IMG/VR virus record: IMGVR_UViG_2651869830_000003
Direction: 5' to 3' (one strand)
DNA length: 35,782 nucleotides
Origin: a virus
Taxonomy: Duplodnaviria > Heunggongvirae > Uroviricota > Caudoviricetes
This document shows, piece after piece, positions 18,853 to 27,545 of this stretch; positions within the stretch are counted from its first letter, which is position 1; each line of letters begins with the position of its first letter. The notes under the pieces are model-generated. The model worked only from the letters and a program-made list of their open reading frames with translations. It made no database searches and was not told the origin of the DNA. The position numbers and the translations under genes were made by a program.

Positions 18853-18938
18853 AATGGATTTTGTTGTCCCTTGTTGTTCTGTGCACCAGAAATCGTGGTG
18901 TGATTTACTTCGAGATTGTACAGAATCATTATTATCGA

Positions 18939-19568
18939 ATGAATGCACAATACAATGAAATTCTTCGCTTTATACGCAATATGATTCGCACTGGCATTAT
19001 CGTCGAAACCGACCTTAATGCCGGTCGCTGCCGTGTGCAGACCGGCGGCATGTGCACCGACTGGCTTCAGTGGCTGACCCATCGCGCTGGGCGTTCGCGC
19101 ACATGGTGGGCACCTTCCGTGGGGGAACAGGTGCTGATTCTGGCCGTGGGCGGTGAACTCGACACGGCGTTCGTTCTGCCGGGGATTTATTCCGGCGATA
19201 ACCCAGCGCCGTCTGCGTCGTCTGATGCCCTGCATATCCGTTTCCCTGACGGGGCGGTGATTGAGTATGAACCCGAAACCAGTGCACTCACGGTAAGCGG
19301 AATTAAAACGGCCAGCGTGACGGCTTCTGATTCTGTTACTGCCACGGTGCCGGTGGTCATGGTGAAAGCATCAACCCGCGTCACCCTGGACACACCGGAG
19401 GTGGTCTGCACCAACAGGCTGATTACCGGCACGCTGGAAGTGCAGAAGGGCGGGACGATGCGCGGCAACATTGAACACACCGGCGGTGAACTCTCATCAA
19501 ACGGTAAGGTACTGCATACCCATAAACACCCCGGCGACAGCGGCGGCACAACCGGGAGCCCTCTATGA
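18939..19568 (+). CDS. V: Baseplate spike/assembly protein V, 209 aa.
   Basis: ATG at 18939 (MNAQYNEIL). Length close to P2 V (211 aa). First gene of the V-W-J-I-H-G operon. Confidence 0.85.
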   Translation: MNAQYNEILRFIRNMIRTGIIVETDLNAGRCRVQTGGMCTDWLQWLTHRAGRSRTWWAPSVGEQVLILAVGGELDTAFVLPGIYSGDNPAPSASSDALHIRFPDGAVIEYEPETSALTVSGIKTASVTASDSVTATVPVVMVKASTRVTLDTPEVVCTNRLITGTLEVQKGGTMRGNIEHTGGELSSNGKVLHTHKHPGDSGGTTGSPL

Positions 19569-19912
19569 CAGCGCGTTATCTCGGAATGAATCGCAGTGAT
19601 GGCCTGACTGTCACTGACCTTGAGCATATCAGCCAGAGTATCGGCGATATCCTGCGCACACCGGTCGGCTCACGGGTGATGCGTCGTGATTACGGCTCGT
19701 TGCTGGCGTCAATGATTGACCAGCCGCAGACCCCGGCGCTTGAGTTGCAGATTAAGGTCGCCTGTTACATGGCGGTGCTGAAATGGGAACCCCGCGTCAC
19801 CCTGTCATCCGTCACCACTGAGCGCAGTTTTGACGGGCGAATGACAGTTACGTTAACCGGCCAGCACAACGACACCGGCCAGCCACTTTCGTTAACCATC
19901 CCTGTGAGTTGA
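19565..19912 (+). CDS. W: Baseplate protein W (gp25-like), 115 aa.
   Basis: Length and position match P2 W. Confidence 0.85.
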   Translation: MTARYLGMNRSDGLTVTDLEHISQSIGDILRTPVGSRVMRRDYGSLLASMIDQPQTPALELQIKVACYMAVLKWEPRVTLSSVTTERSFDGRMTVTLTGQHNDTGQPLSLTIPVS

Positions 19913-19916
19913 AACC

Positions 19917-20825
19917 ATGCCGATTATCGACCTGAACCAGCTACCTGCACCGGATGTGGTCGAGGAGCTGGACTTTGAAACCATTCTTGCCGAACGCAAG
20001 GCGACACTGATTTCTCTTTACCCGGAAGACCAGCAGGAGGCGGTCGCCCGTACCCTGACGCTGGAATCCGAGCCTCTCGTCAAACTGCTGGAGGAAAATG
20101 CTTATCGTGAGCTTATCTGGCGTCAGCGTGTGAATGAGGCCGCACGGGCGGTGATGCTGGCCTGTGCCGCGGGTAATGACCTTGATGTGATTGGTGCCAA
20201 TTACAACACCACGCGTCTGACTATCACCCCGGCAGATGATTCGACCATCCCGCCGACACCGGCAGTGATGGAATCTGATACCGATTATCGTCTGCGTATT
20301 CAGCAGGCGTTTGAAGGTTTAAGCGTCGCCGGGTCGGTGGGTGCCTATCAGTATCATGGTCGCAGTGCTGACGGGCGTGTCGCGGATATCTCTGTCACCA
20401 GTCCGTCTCCGGCCTGCGTCACCATCTCTGTGCTGTCACGTGAGAATAACGGTGTCGCATCCGAAGACCTGCTGGCGGTGGTGCGTAACGCCCTGAATGG
20501 CGAGGACGTCAGACCGGTGGCCGACCGCGTGACCGTGCAGTCTGCCGCCATTGTTGAATACCAGATAAACGCCACGCTTTACCTTTACCCTGGTCCCGAA
20601 AGTGAACCCATCCGCGCGGCCGCCGTGAAAAAACTGGAAGCATACATCACGGCACAGCACCGGCTGGGGCGCGACATCCGTCTGTCTGCCATTTATGCCG
20701 CTTTGCATGTGGAAGGCGTGCAGCGTGTCGAACTGGCTGCACCACTGGCCGACATCGTGCTCAACAGTACGCAGGCGTCTTTCTGCACCGAATACCGCGT
20801 CGTGACCGGAGGCTCGGATGAGTGA
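19917..20825 (+). CDS. J: Baseplate protein J, 302 aa.
   Basis: Length and position match P2 J. Confidence 0.85.
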   Translation: MPIIDLNQLPAPDVVEELDFETILAERKATLISLYPEDQQEAVARTLTLESEPLVKLLEENAYRELIWRQRVNEAARAVMLACAAGNDLDVIGANYNTTRLTITPADDSTIPPTPAVMESDTDYRLRIQQAFEGLSVAGSVGAYQYHGRSADGRVADISVTSPSPACVTISVLSRENNGVASEDLLAVVRNALNGEDVRPVADRVTVQSAAIVEYQINATLYLYPGPESEPIRAAAVKKLEAYITAQHRLGRDIRLSAIYAALHVEGVQRVELAAPLADIVLNSTQASFCTEYRVVTGGSDE

Positions 20826-21348
20826 TTCGCGACTGCTGCCGACCGGCTCATCACCGCTTGAAGTTGCCGCCGCAAAAGCCTGTGCGGAAATTGAAAAAAC
20901 ACCGGTCAGTATTCGTGAGCTGTGGAACCCGGACACCTGTCCGGCAAATCTGCTGCCGTGGCTGGCGTGGGCGTTTTCGGTCGACAGGTGGGATGAAAAG
21001 TGGCCGGAAGCGACAAAACGCGCCGTTATCCGCGATGCGTATTTCATCCACTGTCATAAAGGCACAATAGGTGCAATCCGGCGTGTGGTGGAGCCGCTCG
21101 GCTATCTCATCAACGTGACGGAGTGGTGGGAAAACAGTGACCCGCCCGGCACCTTCCGGCTTGATATTGGTGTACTGGAAAGCGGCATCACAGAGGCAAT
21201 GTATCAGGAAATGGAACGGCTGATTGCTGATGCCAAACCTGCAAGCCGTCACCTTATTGGCCTGAACATTACCCGGGACATTCCCGGCTACCTGTTCGCC
21301 GGTGGTGTGGCTTACGACGGCGATGTAATTACGGTTTACCCCGGATAA
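20818..21348 (+). CDS. I: Baseplate protein I, 176 aa.
   Basis: Length and position match P2 I. Confidence 0.85.
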   Translation: MSDSRLLPTGSSPLEVAAAKACAEIEKTPVSIRELWNPDTCPANLLPWLAWAFSVDRWDEKWPEATKRAVIRDAYFIHCHKGTIGAIRRVVEPLGYLINVTEWWENSDPPGTFRLDIGVLESGITEAMYQEMERLIADAKPASRHLIGLNITRDIPGYLFAGGVAYDGDVITVYPG

Positions 21349-21358
21349 GTGAGGAATA

Positions 21359-23404
21359 ATGAGCACAAAATTCAGAACCGTTATCACCACTGCCGGTGCA
21401 GCAAAGCTGGCAGCGGCAACCGCACCGGGAGGGCGGAAGGTCAACATTACCACGATGGCCGTCGGGGATGGCGGTGGTAAATTGCCTGTCCCGGATGCCG
21501 GACAGACCGGACTTATCCATGAAGTCTGGCGACATGCGCTGAACAAAATCAGCCAGGACAAACGAAACAGTAATTATATTATCGCAGAGCTGGTTATTCC
21601 GCCGGAGGTGGGCGGTTTCTGGATGCGTGAGCTTGGCCTGTACGATGATGCGGGAACATTAATTGCCGTGGCGAACATGGCCGAAAGTTATAAGCCAGCT
21701 CTCGCCGAAGGCTCAGGGCGTTCGCAGACCTGTCGCATGGTCATCATCGTCAGCAGTGTGGCCTCAGTGGAGCTGACCATTGACACCACAACAGTGATGG
21801 CGACGCAGGATTACGTTGATGACAAAATTGCAGAGCACGAACAGTCACGACGTCACCCGGACGCCTCGCTGACCGCCAAAGGTTTTACTCAGTTAAGCAG
21901 TGCGACCAACAGCACGTCTGAAACACTGGCCGCAACGCCGAAAGCGGTAAAGGCCGCGTATGACCTTGCTAACGGGAAATATACTGCGCAGGATGCCACC
22001 ACAGCGCGAAAAGGTCTTGTCCAGCTCAGTAGTGCCACCAACAGCACGTCTGAAACGCTCGCTGCAACACCAAAAGCCGTTAAGACGGTAATGGATGAAA
22101 CGAACAAGAAAGCGCCATTAAACAGCCCTGCACTGACCGGAACGCCAACGACGCCAACTGCGCGACAGGGAACGAATAATACTCAGATCGCAAACACGGC
22201 TTTCGTTATGGCCGCGATTGCCGCCCTTGTAGACTCGTCGCCTGACGCACTGAATACGCTGAACGAGCTGGCGGCGGCGCTGGGCAATGACCCGAATTTT
22301 GCTACCACCATGACTAATGCGCTTGCGGGTAAGCAACCGAAAGATGCTACCCTGACGGCGCTGGCGGGGCTTGCTACTGCGGCAGACAGGTTTCCGTATT
22401 TTACGGGGAATGATGTTGCCAGCCTGGCAACCCTGACAAAAGTCGGGCGGGATATTCTGGCTAAATCGACCGTTGCCGCCGTTATCGAATATCTCGGTTT
22501 ACAGGAAACGGTAAACCGAGCCGGGAACGCCGTGCAAAAAAATGGCGATACCTTGTCCGGCGGGCTTACTTTTGAAAACGACTCAATCCTTGCCTGGATT
22601 CGAAATACTGACTGGGCAAAGATTGGATTTAAAAATGATGCCGACAGCGATACTGATTCATATATGTGGTTTGAAACAGGTGACAACGGCAATGAATATT
22701 TCAAATGGAGAAGTCGCCAGAGCACCACAACAAAAGACCTGATGAATCTTAAATGGGATGCTCTGTATGTTCTTGTTAAAGCCCTTTTCAGCAGTGAAGT
22801 AAAAATATCTACAGTCAATGCGCTGAGGATATTTAATTCATCTTTTGGTGCTATTTTTCGCCGTTCTGAAGAAAACCTGTATATCATTCCTACACGAGAA
22901 AATGAGGGTGAAAATGGAGATATTGGGCCATTAAGGCCATTCGGCATCAACTTAAGAACAGGAGTTGTGTCTGTTGGTAATGGTGCCAGGATTGATGGCG
23001 GGCTGGCACTTGGCACGAATAACGCGTTGGGTGGGAACTCTATTGTTCTTGGTGATAACGACACCGGATTTAAACAAAATGGCGATGGTAATCTGGATGT
23101 TTATGCTAATAACGTCCATGTTATGCGCTTTGTTTCCGGAAGCATTCAAAGTAATAAGACCATAAATATTACGGGGCGTGTTAATCCCTCGGATTACGGT
23201 AACTTTGATTCCCGCTATGTGAGAGATATCAGACTTGGCACACGTGTTGTCCAGACCATGCAGAAAGGGGTGATGTATGAGAAAGCAGGGCACGTAATTA
23301 CCGGGCTTGGTATTGTCGGTGAAGTCGATGGTGATGACCCCGCAGTATTCAGGCCAATACAAAAATACATCAATGGCACATGGTATAACGTCGCACAGGT
23401 GTAA
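21359..23404 (+). CDS. H: Tail fiber protein H, 681 aa.
   Basis: Position matches P2 H. Conserved N-terminal region, then repeated QLSSATNSTSETLAATPKAVK motifs and a lower-GC C-terminal part. Confidence 0.85.
   Translation: MSTKFRTVITTAGAAKLAAATAPGGRKVNITTMAVGDGGGKLPVPDAGQTGLIHEVWRHALNKISQDKRNSNYIIAELVIPPEVGGFWMRELGLYDDAGTLIAVANMAESYKPALAEGSGRSQTCRMVIIVSSVASVELTIDTTTVMATQDYVDDKIAEHEQSRRHPDASLTAKGFTQLSSATNSTSETLAATPKAVKAAYDLANGKYTAQDATTARKGLVQLSSATNSTSETLAATPKAVKTVMDETNKKAPLNSPALTGTPTTPTARQGTNNTQIANTAFVMAAIAALVDSSPDALNTLNELAAALGNDPNFATTMTNALAGKQPKDATLTALAGLATAADRFPYFTGNDVASLATLTKVGRDILAKSTVAAVIEYLGLQETVNRAGNAVQKNGDTLSGGLTFENDSILAWIRNTDWAKIGFKNDADSDTDSYMWFETGDNGNEYFKWRSRQSTTTKDLMNLKWDALYVLVKALFSSEVKISTVNALRIFNSSFGAIFRRSEENLYIIPTRENEGENGDIGPLRPFGINLRTGVVSVGNGARIDGGLALGTNNALGGNSIVLGDNDTGFKQNGDGNLDVYANNVHVMRFVSGSIQSNKTINITGRVNPSDYGNFDSRYVRDIRLGTRVVQTMQKGVMYEKAGHVITGLGIVGEVDGDDPAVFRPIQKYINGTWYNVAQV
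21890..22084 (+). repeat. Two copies of a 63-nt imperfect direct repeat (21890-21952 and 22022-22084) encoding the tail-fiber motif QLSSATNSTSETLAATPKAVK.
   Basis: Repeat seen at both nucleotide and protein level within H. Confidence 0.7.
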
Positions 23405-23407
23405 TTT

Positions 23408-23935
23408 ATGCAGCATTTAAAAAATATTACTGCGGGTAATCCAAAAACTGTTGCCCAATATCAACTGACAAAAAATTTTGATGTTATCTGGTTATGGTCC
23501 GAAGAGGGAAAAAACTGGTATGAGGAAGTAAGTAATTTTCAGGAAGACACGATAAAGATTGTTTACGACGAGAATAATATAATTGTCGGCATCACCAGAG
23601 ATGCTTCAACGCTTAACCCTGAAGGTTTCAACGTTGTCGAGGTTCCTGATATTACCTCCAACCGACGTGCTGATGACTCAGGTAAATGGATGTTTAAGGA
23701 TGGTGCCGTGATTAAGCGGATTTATACGGCAGATGAACAGGAGCAACAGGCAGAATCACAAAAGGCAGCTTTACTTTCCGAAGCTGAATCCGTGATTTTG
23801 CCGCTGGAACGCGCTGTCAGGCTGAATATGGCGACGGATGAGGAACGCAGCCGACTGGAAGCATGGGAACGCTACAGCGTTCTGGTCAGTCGTGTGGATC
23901 CTGCAAATCCCGAATGGCCGGAAATGCCGCAATAA
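23408..23935 (+). CDS. G: Tail fiber assembly chaperone G, 175 aa.
   Basis: Length and position match P2 G, immediately after H. Confidence 0.8.
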   Translation: MQHLKNITAGNPKTVAQYQLTKNFDVIWLWSEEGKNWYEEVSNFQEDTIKIVYDENNIIVGITRDASTLNPEGFNVVEVPDITSNRRADDSGKWMFKDGAVIKRIYTADEQEQQAESQKAALLSEAESVILPLERAVRLNMATDEERSRLEAWERYSVLVSRVDPANPEWPEMPQ

Positions 23936-24218
23936 GTTGTATGATCTCTGGTGTGAGCTTACATATCTATAGCACAGAGTAAAGCCTAATCTGACAGTCC
24001 GCTATGTGCCAGGAGCGGAAGTAGCAAACCAGATTTTACTGAAGCTTGAGCAGAGATACCACCAACTGATGCCTATCAGTAATGGGGCTCTTGATGATTC
24101 AAATAAAAAAGATTAAATTGATTAAGATTATTCTTACTTGATTAATTGTTTTGCGCATGGGCTTGGAAAACCATGAATCAGATCTTCACTAGATAAAACA
24201 ACGAACTATGGAGGAAGC

Positions 24219-25310
24219 GTGGGCGGCGAAACTAAGAATATTGATGAGATTGCAGGTATCATTTCCAGTAGAATTTTTGATGAGTTAGGCTGGAAAACCC
24301 AAAATACAACGGATATAAGTTGGGACTGTTGTTTGAGATCTCATCTAAACGCTAAACAACTTTTATCTGAAAACCCAAAAAAAACTCATCCTACGGATGT
24401 AGTCTTCAAATATAAAGATCCTTATTCAGATATAACTCAGTATATACAAACAGATTTAAAATCTTATTGTGCCAGCACGCTTGACGGTACAAAATCAATA
24501 TTGAACACTGTACGAAGTTTATCACAACAGGTAGCTTGCGCGCCAAGAAGTCCTGAGTGGCGGCGTCTATTTGTTGACAGCACAAATGAGAAATATCAAG
24601 TTAACGGCCTACTTTTTATATATAATCATGACAATAAATATGACTCTGATTTAATTGAGAAATTAAATGGAGCAGCCACAGCAAGTTATGATTTTCCAGA
24701 GAACTCTGTGATTGCCGTTTTTGACCCAACTATGATCAGATTTTTACTAGATGTTACAGAACACATCGAGACTAGAAGAGGAATTACTGACAAAGTAACA
24801 CAAGAAACAAATATGTTATGGCAAAAAATTCCTGAGATAGAGAACTGTACATATTTTTACCCTGACAAACATAATAAAATAGCAACGAAAGGGAAAATCC
24901 TTCCAGCCACAATTGAAATGATAACATCTGGGATGATTTTTTACTCATATGAACACGAATATATTAGAAATGATGGTGGCGATAGAATAAGAAATAAAAT
25001 ATTGAATATATTCTGGAAGGAAGAGGTTGATTCCAGTAACCACTTTATATTTCTTTTAGAGTATATATTTAACTATCAATTACTCAATCAATTTGACAAA
25101 ATATTTGTTATAACTCCGTTCTCATCACACTCAAGCATTCATTTGCAATCCGCCATTAATGATTACATAGGAATATATTCTTTCACTCAATCTCATATAG
25201 AAACGTTAAAGGAAAAAATAGTATCCATTCCTTTTGTTAATCAAAAGCTATCTATATTTGAGTACCAGGTTGCCAGCAAGCAGGTGAATAGAAAATGTCA
25301 CTTTTCATAA
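24219..25310 (+). CDS. Hypothetical protein, 363 aa, first gene of an AT-rich three-gene accessory operon; GTG start. No recognisable domain; a weak PD-(D/E)xK-like pattern sits near the N-terminus.
   Basis: Strong SD ggagga 5-10 nt upstream of GTG at 24219. AT-rich. In the P2 Z/fun slot between G and FI. Confidence 0.7.
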   Translation: MGGETKNIDEIAGIISSRIFDELGWKTQNTTDISWDCCLRSHLNAKQLLSENPKKTHPTDVVFKYKDPYSDITQYIQTDLKSYCASTLDGTKSILNTVRSLSQQVACAPRSPEWRRLFVDSTNEKYQVNGLLFIYNHDNKYDSDLIEKLNGAATASYDFPENSVIAVFDPTMIRFLLDVTEHIETRRGITDKVTQETNMLWQKIPEIENCTYFYPDKHNKIATKGKILPATIEMITSGMIFYSYEHEYIRNDGGDRIRNKILNIFWKEEVDSSNHFIFLLEYIFNYQLLNQFDKIFVITPFSSHSSIHLQSAINDYIGIYSFTQSHIETLKEKIVSIPFVNQKLSIFEYQVASKQVNRKCHFS

Positions 25311-25320
25311 GGAGTATGAC

Positions 25321-26568
25321 ATGAATAAATATCAAGCTACGTTGTTTTCAAACGAAAGTGACATTTATACCGCCCTCCACTCTAACAGTGCAAAAATCAC
25401 AGATGTTACATTAAGGAAAATCGCCTTCAATAGAGGGATAATTTTCCCATCTAACTTATCAAAAGAGGTATTGATAGAAAAATTATCAGACCTGCCATTT
25501 TCATATAATCACATCAGAGAAGTACAAGATAAACTGGCAACCAAACCCAGCCAAGACGTCTTCTCAGTAAAACGTATATATGAAGAATTTGATATAGAGA
25601 AACTCTATGACGTTGTAAACAAAGTGAAAGAAAATAGACCCAAGTTGCTAGGGCATGAGAAAATTGATCATTACTCAGGCTTGCAAACCTATCATATATC
25701 TATTGATTATACTGAGTTTGATTTTAGAAGGGGTAAGTTTCAGCAGAAAAAATTGTACAGTGGGAGTATAGTTTTTATAGTAAAAAAAGGATATGTTTCA
25801 GTAAGATATAACTATACGCCACGCATTTCAGAAATTCTCAAGCAAATAATTGATACATATTCATCAACAGTTTGTAACAACATAGTTGTCAACGAAATAG
25901 ATTTATCAAGTATCGTCGATACAGATCTTAGGAATATTTTTGCTGTTCATCTTTATGATTTTGATGGAAATTATAAAAAAACAGGACTTGAATATGCTGG
26001 TCTTGAAAAGGTTAGAGTAAGCAGAATAAAAACATCTCTGGATATTAATGGAGATAATCTCGAAGGAAATAATAACGAAGAAACACAAGAGTTATTAAAC
26101 AAGATTTCACCTTCTACAGATAACGAAAATGATGATGACATTAATAATCAGGAAATGGCATCTGACGATGATGAAAACCTAACTTTTAACATTAACAATG
26201 CCGCGTATGATGGCCTATCATTAGTGAACGCACCTCAAATTAAGGAACTGTGCCGTGATGGGTTTTATCGAAGCTTAATTCGATGGAAGTCATTTTCCTC
26301 AGTAGTTAAGAATCATACTATAACTTTTGAACTTAGTTTCGATGATAAATATCTTGGGAAAAATATAAAATTCAGAGCGTTATACAAAGAAAGCAACTCT
26401 GCATCCGCAGAGAGAGAAAAACTCAGTGACGCAGACTTTGATCAAGTCATGAAACAATTAGAAGATAAAATATTTTTGATTAATGACTTTATTATCGAAG
26501 AGCATACCAAGCGATACCCAGTAACGAAAGCTATGTCTTGCGAGACTTTGAATCAGGAGGCTGGATGA
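25321..26568 (+). CDS. Hypothetical protein, 415 aa, second gene of the accessory operon; contains a roughly 45-aa acidic low-complexity linker.
   Basis: aaggag SD 7 nt upstream of ATG at 25321. Same strand and composition as the flanking cassette genes. Confidence 0.7.
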   Translation: MNKYQATLFSNESDIYTALHSNSAKITDVTLRKIAFNRGIIFPSNLSKEVLIEKLSDLPFSYNHIREVQDKLATKPSQDVFSVKRIYEEFDIEKLYDVVNKVKENRPKLLGHEKIDHYSGLQTYHISIDYTEFDFRRGKFQQKKLYSGSIVFIVKKGYVSVRYNYTPRISEILKQIIDTYSSTVCNNIVVNEIDLSSIVDTDLRNIFAVHLYDFDGNYKKTGLEYAGLEKVRVSRIKTSLDINGDNLEGNNNEETQELLNKISPSTDNENDDDINNQEMASDDDENLTFNINNAAYDGLSLVNAPQIKELCRDGFYRSLIRWKSFSSVVKNHTITFELSFDDKYLGKNIKFRALYKESNSASAEREKLSDADFDQVMKQLEDKIFLINDFIIEEHTKRYPVTKAMSCETLNQEAG

Positions 26569-27221
26569 TGATAAAGGTAAAAATTTATAAAGCAGAAAAG
26601 GATATAACTAAAAGTGAGTTATTACATAAAGTAAATGACAACCTCTATGATGAAGATAAAGGATATGGTTTTCAAATCATTAATAACTCTGAAGTGCTTA
26701 AACTAAGATTTACCATGAGAAGCATTAGCAAGCAAAGCTTAGAATATGCTAATGGCGAGCGTTCAGAGGTTGAAATAGCAACTTACTTAAATGTGGACTT
26801 TGGCGTCAGACAAGGGAAAAAAATCATACTATATGCCACTAATCCTCCATTAAGTATGAAAGTGCCTTATACTATGGTGCAAAAACTATTTGGTGAAGAT
26901 AGTGGCTTGAGACCAGTAGAATTTGATCTGAGAAAAATTGTAAATGGTCTTTCTGAGGGCTTTGACATCAAGATAAAATCCATGTCTCTATCTAATATCT
27001 CTGTTGATCCTTTTACTTTAGCAAAGACAAAAATAGTAAGCTCAAAGAATCTCCAAGAAATTTATCAGAATAAATACATGAATAGTTCGGCCGTTTTTGA
27101 TTCCGTACATTTCTTCGTTAACGGAATTGAAACGGAATTATCTAGGACGGGTAGATTCCGTGTGAGAGAGAGTCAGCTTCCAACACTTTTATCCATCTTA
27201 GAAACTCTCAGAATTTTGTGA
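26565..27221 (+). CDS. Hypothetical protein, 218 aa, third gene of the accessory operon.
   Basis: ATGA stop/start overlap with the upstream gene (translational coupling). ggagg SD. The track start at 26538 is trimmed to the ATG at 26565. Confidence 0.65.
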   Translation: MMIKVKIYKAEKDITKSELLHKVNDNLYDEDKGYGFQIINNSEVLKLRFTMRSISKQSLEYANGERSEVEIATYLNVDFGVRQGKKIILYATNPPLSMKVPYTMVQKLFGEDSGLRPVEFDLRKIVNGLSEGFDIKIKSMSLSNISVDPFTLAKTKIVSSKNLQEIYQNKYMNSSAVFDSVHFFVNGIETELSRTGRFRVRESQLPTLLSILETLRIL

Positions 27222-27238
27222 AATATATAAGGAACTCA

Positions 27239-27265
27239 GGCCTACTTCGTCAGTAGGCCCCTTTT
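27239..27265 (+). terminator. Rho-independent terminator of the three-gene accessory operon.
   Basis: Perfect 8-bp stem ggcctact/agtaggcc with loop tcgtc, followed by ccttttcc, 18 nt after the stop at 27221. Confidence 0.55.
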
Positions 27266-27426
27266 CCGGTTTGTACTTATCTAGTCATCGATTTGATCGT
27301 AATGATTCACACAGGATGCTGTTAGCAATGTCCGCTCTTCGCTCAAAGCAGACTGTCAGATTTGATAGCGTTTTGGCTATGTAAATTGTCAGTCGGGAAA
27401 TAAGTGAGTACAAATCATGACAGGCG

Positions 27427-27449
27427 GGCGGATTGTCCGCCTTTTCTTT
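27427..27449 (+). terminator. Second hairpin plus T-tract on the plus strand upstream of FI; possibly the ancestral G-operon terminator.
   Basis: ggcgga-ttg-tccgcc followed by ttttcttt. Confidence 0.35.
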
Positions 27450-27545
27450 ATCTGTTGTTTCATCCACTGACCAGCCAGGTCAAATAGCGTCTCATGCTCT
27501 GCACAACAGAAAATAATTGCACCCATTAACCACGGAGTTAAACGG

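Noticed and set aside
22183-23064. 293-aa minus-strand ORF inside tail fiber gene H, and similar long antisense ORFs inside A, P, N, M, J, T and D (for example 20436-21047, 13612-14211, 5432-6001, 31285-31914).
   Set aside because: Shadow ORFs typical of GC-rich coding DNA. Each is fully contained in a well-supported phage gene whose length matches P2.
25906-26088. 60-aa minus-strand ORF inside cassette gene 2.
   Set aside because: Antisense to a well-supported gene, in an AT-rich region where stop-free stretches are rare but can occur. No independent support.
27285-27467. 60-aa minus-strand ORF in the cassette-FI spacer.
   Set aside because: No ribosome-binding site, overlaps a plus-strand terminator hairpin, and sits in a region expected to hold the FI late promoter. 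Most likely a chance ORF.
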